A stretch of 64,000 bases of DNA, taken from NCBI GenBank assembly GCA_964247055.1, contig OZ176054.1, forward strand, positions 9,114,001 through 9,178,000, given 5' to 3'. This stretch comes from Paragordius varius. Lineage: Eukaryota > Animalia > Nematomorpha. This document shows, piece after piece, positions 13,101 to 25,902 of the stretch. The stretch's first letter is position 1. Each line of letters begins with the position of its first letter. Below the pieces are notes generated by a model that was not told the DNA's origin, ran no database searches, and saw nothing but the letters and a program-made list of their open reading frames with translations. Both the position numbers and the translations under genes were made by a program.

Positions 13101-14740
13101 ATTAAGATTTCCGATAATAAAGGCAATATCCGTATTAAATTGCCTTTCCAAATCAACCTAAAATTTATCCGTCTATAAAACTTTTTTTACATTATATTCC
13201 ATCGTAATATAAAAAATAATATTAAGAAATAAATATTTATATTAAAATATTTTTCGTGTCAATAAAAAGTTTAAGGTAAAAAATTTTTTAATAATTACCA
13301 AAGTTTCATTAGTTCTGGGAAACGTTAGAAAGATTTGTGTTTAAATATAATATATATCGATTTTACAGTTTAGCCTACTAAAAAAGAGAAAATCATAGGA
13401 AAATAATGCAAAATTTATAAAAAACTCAAACTTAAAATTGCACTTTATAATAAAAACCTATATTTTGGCAAAATATACCTCTTGTACGGTCGTTAATTGG
13501 AAAAGGTCGATGAGAGGATTCATTCTCGGGATATCTATATGAATCTAATAAACGCAATTAAGTTGCAATAAACTTGTCTATACATATCTTTGTGGATATC
13601 ATCGAAACGAGTTGGATAATATTTTTCTACAAAATTTAGGTACTCTTTTCGTTTACGAGTCAACACTTCTGCCCTCTGATCCAATGAGGTAGGGATATAA
13701 TGCTATTATTGTTTTTAATGGATGAATTATGTGTAATATAATAAATAATTAAAACAGGTAAACGCTACAATGCTATTTAATTTCTTATTTAAGGAAGTTT
13801 GGAAGATGTGCATTCGGCAAAATCATTCTATAAAAGAGTATAAGCCAAATTGATCGATTATTAATTTACATAATGTCATTTTGCTTTGTTGTTATCGGAA
13901 AAAAGGCATCCTAAATTTTGAATTATAAAAACTTTTATGTGATCAACTTAAATAAAAAAACTGCAGCCATAATCAGAAAACAAACCATATTTATATAAGA
14001 CAAATAATTATTTTTATAATATCTATTATAAGTAAATCAAAAAATCATTCTTTTCAAAAAAATTATTTTGAAAAAAAAGTAAACATTGCTACCGATAAAA
14101 GTTTCCAGACCGTTGGACGAAACTTGGGGTTTACACCAGACCAACTCAATTTCGATAATTCAGCTAGGAAAATAAATTATATATTCATACACAGGTCAAG
14201 ATTATTGGAGTGCAGTAAAGTATTTAATTTTTCAAATTTGATATTATCTTGTTCTGAAGCCAATAACCGATTTGCAGTTTTATAGGCATTGCCAATATTA
14301 GTTGGTAATGATAAAGACTTAATTTTTGAGTTTGCTTGTGCGTGATTAGGTGGGGTAAGGGAATTAAGCATAGATAATGGAGGATACAAACCATCTTTTG
14401 TGCTATTATCCAGGGTGTTTTCTGATGTACGAGGTATATTATTTAGATCATTTGGCATTTCGATGTGAGAACACTCATTTATATCTATTATATCCCATGC
14501 ATCATCTAACGATTTTTGAAAAGCGTGAAATTCAGCTATACGTTAAAAAATTGGGTAATACTTTTTAATTTATTATTTGGAGTATTGTTTCTACAAATTA
14601 TACATATTATATTTACTTTGTATCTAATAAATGGGCGAGAGGTGGATGTTGTGCACCATATAATGTAATCATAAGCCTAAATTATCTAAATTGGAATACT
14701 TATTTTTATTTGATTCCTTTATGTGACCAGTGTCATTCAT
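10138..14740 (-). CDS. TBC1D22: TBC1 domain family member 22 (Rab GAP)
   Basis: Spliced exons give YGAQHPP, FHAFQKSLDDAWD, LSWSGVNPKFRPTVWKLLS, QIHIDIPRMNP, IFERILYIWAMRHPASGYVQGINDLVTP, LEADSFWC, DNYTFAQPGIQ, FLQFSFRWMNNLLMRE, FHLYVCAAFL, LIQNLPTRHW...LAEAFKLKYIFADSP. Start at 14740 is inferred. Confidence 0.95.
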
Positions 14741-14795
14741 GTGTCAAGTAGCAGTAATAACATACATTTTTTAGGCATTCAATATCGCATATGAA
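14741..14795. promoter_or_regulatory. 55-bp spacer between divergent TBC1D22 and VPS37A start codons (putative bidirectional promoter / overlapping 5' UTRs)
   Basis: Inferred ATGs at 14740 (-) and 14796 (+). Confidence 0.5.
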
Positions 14796-17700
14796 ATGAG
14801 TTGGCCTGTAAATTGGCTTTTTGGTTCTTCAAAACCTTCGGTTAATTCGTTTGCCCATTATCAAAAAATTAAACAAATTGAGTCTATTAAAAATCAATTT
14901 CCTCAGTATAATTTATTCCCTAATTTTTTTAGAATATCTGAAATTAATTCGTCGGAATACAATTTACCCATAGAATTACCAAATAAAAATATAATAACTT
15001 TAAACATGTAAATACGCCAATTTAAACTTTAGTGTTTTGCCAAACGAATATCCGAATGAAAAACCTATAATTAAAGTTAACCCACCTTATAAACATGCAT
15101 GGATAGATGAATCCCTAACTTTAAATGCTAGCCCATGGCTAAAAAAAGTTTATAAATATAAATTATTTATTTCTAGTATATGCCTAGTATTGAACTCGTG
15201 GACATAATTAAAAATATTATTGGTGAGTTTTACAAAAATCCACCTATTCCATTGTTACCACCTCGGTATATAATAGTCAATCATTTAAAATTTATATTTA
15301 ATCAAATACATGCGTAGTGTACCTTATCCGTTTTAATTTAATATTTTTGTCTCCTGTTCCGTATTTTAAGTTTTTACACAAATGACTACTTGTCTAAAGA
15401 AGTTTTTGCGGGGATTTTGGTTGCATTGCTTTTTGGGTTTAGTTTTTATTGTTCCGGTTTTTTAGAGAATGTAAACAAATTATTTAAATATAAAAAATTT
15501 CACGTTCTTGAAAAATAACTAAGATATTTAAAGATTCATTACACTATAATAGATATCAAAAATAAGATACAAATATCATTATCAACATAAAGGGTAGGGC
15601 TCCGAATTCGGATTTTCGTACCACGAAGTAATTCATTTTCACAATATTTATACTTCATGGTAATTTGAGGCGATTTTTTTACGTAACACATGCCCTTGTG
15701 TAAAACTAATAATTTTACAGATCATTAGAAACTGGCCTTTGTTGGCGCATTTTCATGCCCCAGCCAACACCGCAGGAAGGTGGCAATAGGATTAAAATAT
15801 TTTTTTGGTGACACGTTTCGATTCTAAACTCTAATGCAACTGTTTTTTGCACTTATCTATATTATTATATATATGTGAGAGTTTATTAATATTTTATTTT
15901 TATAGTGCAATAGATAGTATAAACGTATATCCCGACATATTCAGTTTAAATGATCCAAACCATAATAATAATTTGCATTTGATTTCCACTACGTCTGGCA
16001 CTGTTATGGACCAAACCTATGCCAATATCGTTTCAAATCATGTAATCTTAACGAAATAAAATTTAATTATTGTATTTTGCTTTATAATGGTTTTTATAGA
16101 CATATTTAAAAATTATTTAATTTTTGAATAATTCCGTATGTTTTTTAGAAAAATTTATTATAAGACATTTTCTTGGTTTGTCACAAACATATATATATTG
16201 TAATGATACTGTTTGGCAAAAAATATATATTAAGGCTGTTAACCAATATTTTATTTTTTTCAAATGACTCACATGGCTGTATATTTAAGAAATTAAAAGT
16301 GTATTTAATTATTTTGCGTAAAAATTACACCCACAAATTTGCTGAATTTGGCATTGAGATAAAATCTTCATTTTTAATCTCTGTTGTAATTTTCATTCTT
16401 ATCTTATTATATTAGCCCTTCTATAAACTCATTAATTATATAAAATTCAAATCGCCTCATTAGTTACAATAAATTTTTAAAGCATTTCCTCTTAATATTT
16501 TATGGCAAATTTCATGAAAAATAGAATAGACCTAAAATCCCTTCACTTGAACATACCGTTGCTAAGAAATATGAAATGCCCACTATTCCTGTCGAATATA
16601 CCCAATTAGATAATTTAGAGTAAAATAATATATATATATATATTATACATATATTACATACTGTAAGAATAAATTTTTAAAGATAAAATTAAAAACTAAA
16701 ACGATAATATTTTTTTGTAAACCATGTATGTATTTTAAACCTTTATTTTATATAATTTTCGTTTTGGGTTACAAACTCACTATTAGCGATATAAATTGGT
16801 GACATTTTTAATTATACATTTCACAATTCATATTATTTTGTGTTATATAAAATAAATTAAATATTATAAATATAGTTTACTTTATATTAATCTTTTAGTG
16901 TTTACGCTTTATCTTTTTTAGTTTTTAGATACATATTTTAAATGAGATCAATGAATTGATACTTTGTTGTTTGTATATTTTTTAATTTTTATTAATCACC
17001 AAAACATTAGCGCTAAAACTATAGAATTGATTGAAAAATAATTATACAAATATATAATATTAAAAATATTTTAAAAAAATAAATTATAGATGTTTGAAAA
17101 AAATGCAACTTATTGATAGATAATCTTAATGTTTTAACATAAGTTTGGGGAAACTGTAAATTAAAGGAAACATAAATTATATAAATGTAAACTATAAAAA
17201 ATTTTAATATAATTGTTTTATTATATAAATTGATCTATCAATTAGCGCCAAAACATTGAAGGAATTGAATGAAGATGATGGAAAATTAATTGAATTAATA
17301 AGTCAATTGCCTCAAATTAAAATTCTTAGCAAAGACAGAGAAATTTTTTTGGATAATATTGAAGAGGAAGCTAGTATGTATATTTTGAAATTTTTGATAT
17401 AATAAAATGGTAAAATTGGTTTTTACCAGTATACATTATTAGATGATAGATAATTGGTTGTTTTATCATTTTTTACACTATTTTTAACATAAAATGTTAT
17501 TGTGTCTAAAACTTAACTTTTATTTTATTTATTTTGCAGGTGTTTATATTTTTTGTATTATCTTTAATTTATTATTTTCAAAATGTTATATTAAATTTAC
17601 GTATTTGTTATCTTTGTAGAAAATAATTTGACATACAAACCCATAATTGAACAAAAGAAATCTCAGCTTAATCAAAAGGTTTTGTTTTAGCTAATAAATT

Positions 17701-18407
17701 TTTCAGATTAGCCAAATAAATGAATGTAAGAAAGAACTTACAGAATTGGTGGAACAAATGAAAACGATAGCAGACAAATATGATCCAACTACTCTTTGTC
17801 TAAATTTTAAAATTGCATCGAATCATGCCGAGGAAAGGAGTGATAAATTATACCAAGAATTTTTACAGGGTTGATATCATATATTTTTATCGATGTTAGG
17901 AGATAATTCTATATTATTAACTATAATTTCGAAAAAAGATATTTACAGCTAATAAGGTTATGCTTTTTATATCACATAAATTTTGAGGTATAATTTAATC
18001 ATTTAAAACAGTAAAAATATGTATTTTATAAAGTCTATATACATGTTAATTTATTTACACTCCTCTTAATGCTAAAAATGAATTTTTATCCATAAAATAT
18101 GCTATATAAACTGTTTTGATTATTATTCATATATTGAATTCAGATTTAATCCTTTATTATATTTGTAGGGAAAATGAAAATTGATAAATTCTTAGCCACA
18201 TTTTTGAAACAACGCAAGGTTAAATTATAAATAGTACAATTTATATATTAATTTATATTTAGACACTTGAGGTTTTATATCGTTTTTAATTAATTAATTA
18301 CTATAATAACCTTAATGATATTTTAGACGAGTCATTTGCGTAGAATCAAAGAAGAAAAGTTGCATCAATTGTATCAACTTAATCCCCATCATTATAATCA
18401 AAAATAA
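14796..18407 (+). CDS. VPS37A: ESCRT-I subunit VPS37A (UEV-like N-terminus, Mod(r) C-terminus)
   Basis: MSWPVNWLF...QKIKQIESIK, LPNEYPNEKPIIKVNPP, IIGEFYKNPP, MPTIPVEYTQLDNL, and C-terminal FLKQRKTSHLRRIKEEKL; stop TAA at 18405-18407. Confidence 0.85.
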
Positions 18408-18464
18408 TTTATTGAACCCCATATTTATATATATATGATTAATTAATAAATTTTTATGACATCA

Positions 18465-21400
18465 TTAACACACACCAATTATATTGACCGGTCGTTTGTT
18501 ATAGAGCAGCGAAATCTCTTTTTCAATCTAAAAATTTAAAATATTGTATAAATGTATAATATCAAAGGAATATGAAGCACGAAAAAAAAGACTGAAAATA
18601 AAAGGTTTATATAACCACAATACCTTTCATTATTTGCTAAATGACAAATAAGTACAAGCGGTAATAATAAGTTAAAAACATTTATATAAATTCTAAATTT
18701 TCTCTTAACCAATTTATAAATTTTTAACTGGCATACAAACCTATGTTATAAGACATTTTAATTGATTTTGAAAGCTTTTGTGAAAAACAAAAAATCGGTT
18801 TGATTAATAGGGTCAATAGCGGTTAAATCATTGAGTCTTATATATATAATCATAGAAACTTAAATTATTATTATAAACAAAAATTACATTTTATAACTTA
18901 AGCTGCACAACAAATCTTAAATTAAATTCACTTTTTAGGTCAAAGCAAAAGACTTAGGTTCCTGGGGGCAAAGCTATATTAATTTTTAGTGTGAATTACT
19001 ATAAATTATTTATTATTTAATTATTGGCAGATAGCATTTCCAGTAACGAGTTAATTATTGGCGCAAAGTTGATGCATATAAATATGTGTGATTCCTTTCT
19101 CTATTTTAACCAAAATAAGTGTTTACTGTTGCTATCTGGCAATAATGAAAAAATATTGCAATTTATATGTACTAACATTGTAAATATCTGCCCAATTTAA
19201 ATAATGAAATAGTATAAAAAATGTGTTACCCTTTGTTTAATAATTTTGTTTTGTTTAATTAAGTCGGCCTGTTTATTAGCGTAAATTTGGGTCGCTTTTT
19301 CCAAATCTTTGCCCTTTAATTCCATTTCTTCTGCTAAGGTACGCATTTTATCTGCATGTGCCAATTTTCTTTTCAGCCCATCGCAAATTTTGTCAATATA
19401 TCTTAGGTAAATGGAAAATAAATGTGTGATAATATAACAAATCGATAATGTTTTGTATAAAGTTTGTGGATATTTTAACAAAAAGTAAACTGAAAATATT
19501 AAGTAATTATGAATATTTTGTTAAAAATTGCGTACATCAAATAAATGGTTAAAAATAATGTGTGTTTGTTTCCTCCTTGTTAGTGCTCATCAGTATAAGT
19601 ATTTGAATTGGTGTGTTAATATTTCGATATATAACAACAACGATTTCGGTCTAAAAGCAATTTAGGGGTAATACGAAATTACATTTAAATAAACGAAACT
19701 ACTCTAAAATTTTTTAAAAAAATGTTCGGTTCCAACCAATTTTTTTCGCAACATTGTCGACTAAAATGTATAAAATAGTTGGATGGTATGTATGAAATGA
19801 TATGAAAATTGAATAAAATTGTGTTGCACTGATGAGCGCTAACAACCAGAAAACTAGTTGAACCATTTTAAAAAAAAACCAACACATTTTACTATATTGT
19901 ATATTTTTAACGACAAGTCAAACGAAAAAATGTTTCTTCCCCAAAAAATATATATTTAGTATTAGAATACCCAGGATCATCCAATATCATAAAGCAACTC
20001 GTAACTTCCGTATTCAACGTTAAATAACTGATGAATTTATCCACGTTTTTTAAATATGAGTTTATATTTGATAATTGTGCATTTTTTGAAGAATGAGCTA
20101 TATGTTCATTATCTTTCAAAAATTTGAAGAATGATTCAAATTTGGGTTTGTTGGTCAAAGTTTCATACAAGATTTCAATGCTTTTGCTAGCATCCGAGCC
20201 ATTTTGAGCGTAATAGGGTTCAAAATTTCGTTCTTGTAAAAAGGCTTGCAACTAATATAATAAATTTATAAAAAATTATGTTTTGTCTAATTTAAAACAA
20301 AATAATCTTTTGGAAATTTTGACCGTTTCAAATGAACTTTCCTAATAGTTTAAGACACTGGCCGACCTTATTTGTTCATGCTCCAGCAAATTGAAAAAAT
20401 TCCTGCGCCCCCTTCCCCACAAAAAATATATAAATTAAAATTTTTTTATGATATTGATAATTTATATTCAATTAGATCCTTGAATCTGCAATTGTAGAAT
20501 TATTTTTTCCATATCGGAACAAATCTTGATTTTCTCCCCCCTGAGATCCGTATAAACTTCAATTTGTTAATAGTTTTCTTTTTAATTAAAACCAACAAAT
20601 TTTTCGCGCTCCTCCTAGATTTTTCTGCGGCCCCTTGGGGGGCGTTGTTCTCATTTTGGAAACCACTGGTTTAAGAGATAGTATAAATTGAAATCACACA
20701 ATATAAGATTACATTTTATAACGTAACAGAATAAGAAGAGGTACAATATGTAACGATCTAAACTTTTGATATAATTAAGGGAATTTTTTTTCACAAATAT
20801 TTCGTACCATTAATTTTCAGGTGATGGTTTATAATTTGCGTGATAGATCAACAGATCCAAATTATTTCTGTATTAAGTGAATGACTAGCTATTTATAGAA
20901 AATTTGATATTTCTGAATTTCGTGCTACTTTTTCAAAAACATGATATTTTCCTAAATATTTAATAATATTTTATAACTATTTCGCCTTTGTGAAAAAAAG
21001 AGTTCCGGTACCTATTAGTGAAAAAATACTTATTATATTAAGGAAATTATAATAAGGTACAGAAAAATGCGTATTTAACGAAAATCACGTTTGTAACTTT
21101 TTTACTGCAACAAAAACGAACCTCTTTCAATTCATGTAGCAAATTCGTTCGGACACTCTTTTTGCTCAATATATAGTTGTCATAATTTAATCGGGATACG
21201 GTTTGTTTATCGTCATTTTCTATGTAGAATTAAATAATATAGCATGATATTATAATTATTTAACGGATGATTAATATGCCTATATTGTAATTTTAAATGC
21301 TAAAATTATGTAGTTTACCTATGATTTATTCCAACAATATAATACATAATTTAAAATTGAATAATACCTGTTCCTTCTTCAAGAACTTCGATTCCAAATT

Positions 21401-24400
21401 CGTCACAGGCTTTTTGAGTTTCATTCTAAAAAAAATTACTAATATATTTAAAACTTTGGGTGGGGTCATAAAAAGGTCCCACTTGATTAGTAAGTCAAGC
21501 GTGGCAAATTGAGCAAGTTTATTTGAAGATCGGTAATAAAAACACTTAAGTCAAGTTTTTTCCTTATGAATGTAACAATTTTTTGCCACCCAAATATTTT
21601 ACGGAAATTATTTGGATCATTTTCAGCCATAAATGAAATAAACAGTCAATACAATATGCATTTAATGAAGTTTTAAACTCAGTTGTACGTATTTTATTTA
21701 ATATTATAGATTTTTCTAATATTGAGCCCGGTTACTAAAATTTTAAGTTGATAAAACCATTCGCCCTCACACTTTCTATTATTTTACCACACTACTCATT
21801 TTGTTAAGAGTCCAATTGCACATAAAATGGAAAGATGTTTATACAATATATCATATTATTAATTTTAATTGATTATGAATATTACATTTGAAATAAATTT
21901 ATGATGAAATAAACTCTTTATATGTTTTAATGGTAATGTAACCTTTAGCATTTATTATTTTATGTAAAACGAAGATTTGACAATTTAAACAAGATTAACA
22001 CGTTGACGGACAGTAGGAACAAGCGAAGTTCGAAAATTGACACTATATGTTTTTGTGATTTTTAGAATGTTAGTAGTATAGTTTTACTCTTTCTGCTTAA
22101 CTTCAACCTAAAAAGATGTTTTCAAAACACGACACTATGCTTCTACGTATACGCCAGTAAGTGCACATTTGTGCTGCTATAGCCATAGTGTCTAAAAACG
22201 ACCGTTTCGTTTTGGACGGCTATAGCAGTCATGCCACATTGTGAATTTCGCTTTGACGGCTATAGCCGCAATTGTCCGTCAATGTGTTAATATTTAATTA
22301 TTATTTTTAAGATATTTTCTATAATCAAATTTTTTGTGGGATCACGAAATCAATTAATCTAACATTTTATATGCATTGTTCTTAAGTATTAGCAAAGTTT
22401 CTCCGAAAATTCCTCTTTTGTATTTACCCAATTTGAATAGGTAAATTATCCAAAAATTATCAAATAAACACTATATAACATTAAGAAAGTTTTAATTACA
22501 TATAAAATCTAATATCCATATTTTTAGATCTGTCAAGTGTGCCCTACACCACACTTGCAAAATCTTTAAGTTTTACTTAATCATATAATTTTTTATCACC
22601 TCCAAAAGTTTTCTGGCTTGAATTAAGTGGTCTAATGTTAAACTTTATCACATGAAAGCCATGACTTGAAAAACTTGCAAGTCAATTCAAAAAAAAATTT
22701 TTTTATTACTCCACCCATTGTATTGGTTGGGCTAGAATCACTATTGATCGAATTCATTTAAATAAATTTACGCCATGAAAATAAAAATTGTTTAAATTTT
22801 GGCTCTGAATATTTTGTAAAAGTACAATTAAAACATATCTTAAACCAAAAGATCTATGGAATATAAAACATATTTCATGCTAATTCAAAATATACCCGGT
22901 TAAGTCAAGGGGTTAGGATAAATTACCTTAATTAATCAAATTGATAATTTGATAAATTACCTTAATTAATCAAATTGATGCGCTGCTTTTTAGTTTAAAA
23001 AAATATTGTTAAATAATATTTTGCACCGGAAAATATGCCTTTAAAAGGAAATTTTTGCAATATTATACGTTTTTGCTGCAGAAATAAAAAATTTTAATTC
23101 ATGAAAAAGCCATACCGTTATATTTTTATCTGATTGAAGATATATTTTTTCTATTGGCAATGATAAGAGTTCATGGATTTGTGGTAATACATTTTTATAC
23201 ATATCCCCATCACTAAATAATTAATATATATACGTTAGATTTATTAAAATTTGGCCATCATATATAATACATATGGTAATATATATGGCGATTGGCTAAT
23301 CAACAATATATTTTGACATTTCTATATTAATTTAATTATTTTAATTATAGCTTAATTTATTTCAACACAATTTTTAAAATTTATTTCTAATTAAATTAAT
23401 GCTTTAGACTTTAAAGTGTCAGTTTCTCTTTGAAAGTATTTGTCGCATGCTAAAATATTTTAATCTAACTTAATTTGTATGATCAATTTAGTTTTGCAAA
23501 GCAATATTTATAATACATTTTAAATAAAGAACACGCTTAAAAAACATCTTTCTCAAAAAAATTATAAGGTTAATGCGACTGACTTCTGTAAAAATGAGTT
23601 TCTGCACATTGTTTAATAGAACAAGAGCCATCGGCTATATCAAAAAAATTTAAATATAAAAATAAATACCAAATATTTTTGATTTCTGACAAATATTCAA
23701 TGTAAAAATTTTGAGAAGATCGAATCGCTTGAAGGTTTTGATTAATCTGCATTAAAATGGATGGCAAATTGTTAAGACATTGACGCAGCTCCAATTCGAA
23801 ATTGTGTCCCTTAATTATCGTTACGAAATAATTACCTTTATGTTAAGAGCTTTGCATTCATTATTAAAGTCATTCAGAGATAAATTATGTTTGGCTTTTA
23901 ATTCTTCAACCCTTTTGGCATTTGTCTTATAAAATATATAAATTTAATACAGAAATATTTTCATTCGCCTTGCTCGTTTCTTTCTTTAAATAGGGGATTT
24001 CATAAGCACAATTTGCTGCTAATAATTGAGCCATGTGATCTAATTATATAAGATATATATTACAAAGATAAAGCTTGTCCTTTTCCATAAGATCCAAAAT
24101 TGATTTCAATTCCTATAAATTAATATGAAACTAAACATTCATATAATCTGACTCATATTTTCCAAACATATTTTTATTTTCGCTGTCCTGCTTTTTAGTA
24201 AAATGCAATTTTATTTCGGGGTATGATAGCACTAAAATATTGATTATAAAAATACATGAAATTGGTATAAATTCACCAAACATTTTGTCAAAATTCCTCA
24301 ATTTATCCTTTAGATCATCAATGTTTTGAATATTTTTGCAAACTTTCCTGCTTAAGAGCCAGTCTAATCAACTTTAAATATAAAAAACCTGTTAATTTAT

Positions 24401-24431
24401 TAACGTGAATATCAATGGGGATGTGATCCAT
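18465..24431 (-). CDS. CDK5RAP3: CDK5 regulatory subunit-associated protein 3 (C53/LZAP, UFM1 pathway adaptor)
   Basis: MDHIPIDIHVNKLTDWLLSRK, NCAYEIPYLKK, FGIEVLEEGT, ELKELQAFLQER, CFMILDDP.YIDKI, and last exon IEKEISLLYNKRPVNIIGVC* (ends 18465). Confidence 0.9.
19560..19865. repeat. Old divergent pair of hammerhead-bearing repeats (same family as 51644-52600) in a CDK5RAP3 intron
   Basis: Minus-strand CTGATGA-gcac-taacaa-ggag-GAAA (core at 19587-19593) and plus-strand CTGATGA-gcgc-taacaa-ccag-aaaa-CTAGT (19829-19858). Upstream flanks resemble the 52.4 kb copy (agttggat...gaaat.gatatg..aaaa; ccaattcaaat). Confidence 0.55.
20350..20668. mobile_element. hAT-like MITE relic
   Basis: GC-rich patch ending ttggaaaccactg (20656-20668), the reverse complement of a CAGTGGTTTCCAA hAT-type terminus; the other end is not recognisable. 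Confidence 0.3.
21995..22290. mobile_element. piggyBac-like MITE with TTAA target-site duplication
   Basis: TTAA-CACGTTGACGGACA ... TGTCCGTCAATGTG-TTAA (13 of 14 TIR bases match); internal gacggctatagc repeats. Confidence 0.8.
22917..22979. repeat. 29-bp direct duplication
   Basis: gataaattaccttaattaatcaaattgat at 22917-22945 and 22951-22979. Confidence 0.85.
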
Positions 24432-24469
24432 CTGAATATACCTACCTACACATTATCGCATGATCTATT
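24432..24469. promoter_or_regulatory. 38-bp spacer between divergent CDK5RAP3 and RAB40 start codons
   Basis: Inferred ATGs at 24431 (-) and 24470 (+). Confidence 0.5.
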
Positions 24470-25902
24470 ATGGTTTTTTATGACTACTTCTTAAAATTTA
24501 TAATTGTTGGCGACAGCGATGTTGGAAAGAATGAAATCCTGGACTATTTTAAGGGGAGCCTTGATAGTGCTGCTGGTTTTAATATAACTCAATTTATTAG
24601 GTATAAATTCAAAAATATTGTATGTTGATCTGGAGGATAAAAAAGTAAAACTTCAACTTTGGTAATGTTTAAATTTATATTTTAGGGATGCCTCTGGTCA
24701 GGGACGATTTTGCACTATAATTCGATCATACTCTAGAGGGGCACATGTAACGATATACTTAAAATATAAAGGGTGTAATTTTAGTTTATGACATAACCAA
24801 CAAATGGTCTTTCAAAAGCATTGATAGGTGGCTTAAGGAAATCGATAGCGTATATTTTTGGATTTATTAGCTAGCATTTACCGGGTATCCCTAAAATTTT
24901 AATTGGTAATCGCTTGCATCTTGAATATAAACGACAAATCCCACAAGAATTGGGAAATCAATATGGGTGCAAGCATAATATGGAACTTTTTGAAATTAGT
25001 CCACTTTGTAATTTCAATGTTGTCGAAGCCATCAAAGAACTTATTTGTTTGGCTTTACACCGGATTGGCATGCAAAAAATTTTAGTGAATAAAACTGGTA
25101 ATATACTATATTTATAAGTTATTATAAACGCTATAATTTTTTTCATATATTAGTGAAATCTCTTCAGGAACTGTGCTTTATCTCTTTGATGAAGTTTGTT
25201 CGTTTTTATCAAATACATCAATTGTGTTTACCGGAGCCGATGAAAAAAGAATTTGTCGTATACTATTTGGCTCACAATAGGAAACTTAATGAACTCCGAT
25301 CTCTACCTACTTCAACGGCAAATACTAATTTTGATTGCAACAACAATAATAATATTCAATACAATAGTCCCGCCCATATATCTCATAAAAATCATAATAT
25401 TACCAAAATTTATTCGGCTACTATACCATACGGAATAACTAAGGTGTCTTTTAATGGTAAAAAGCATAAAAGACATTTTTCATCGGCATTACATACAATC
25501 CCTACCCCTCAAGTCTCTATATCCACAAATATTGGTTTTGGTGATAAATTGCTCAATGTATCTTCCTCAATGTTTAATTGTCTCAGCATTAATAAAACTT
25601 CTTTATTTCCTAATTCTAAAAATAAAATTTCATCACCGCTACCTAATTTTGAAAGACAATCTATTGCATTACCCAAAAAACAAAATCTTAGTATATTTCT
25701 TCCCTTAGCCACACTATTTAAAGCGGCCAAACATCAATCTTCACCTAAATCATGTCCTAATAGTAAGCATTTAATGGATAACGCAAAAAATGAAAGTACT
25801 AGTTTTAAACCAAACAAGGGAACTAAAACCGCCTTTTTCCCCAATATATATGTGAAAAAATATTTTTTGTCCACAGTTGACAAAAGGCAAATGTCGCGAT
25901 AA
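24470..25902 (+). CDS. RAB40: Rab40 GTPase with SOCS box and long Ser/Asn-rich C-terminal extension
   Basis: [84 protein letters not shown] box [10 protein letters not shown]...LCLPEPMK; four introns of 24-25 nt. Confidence 0.95.
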
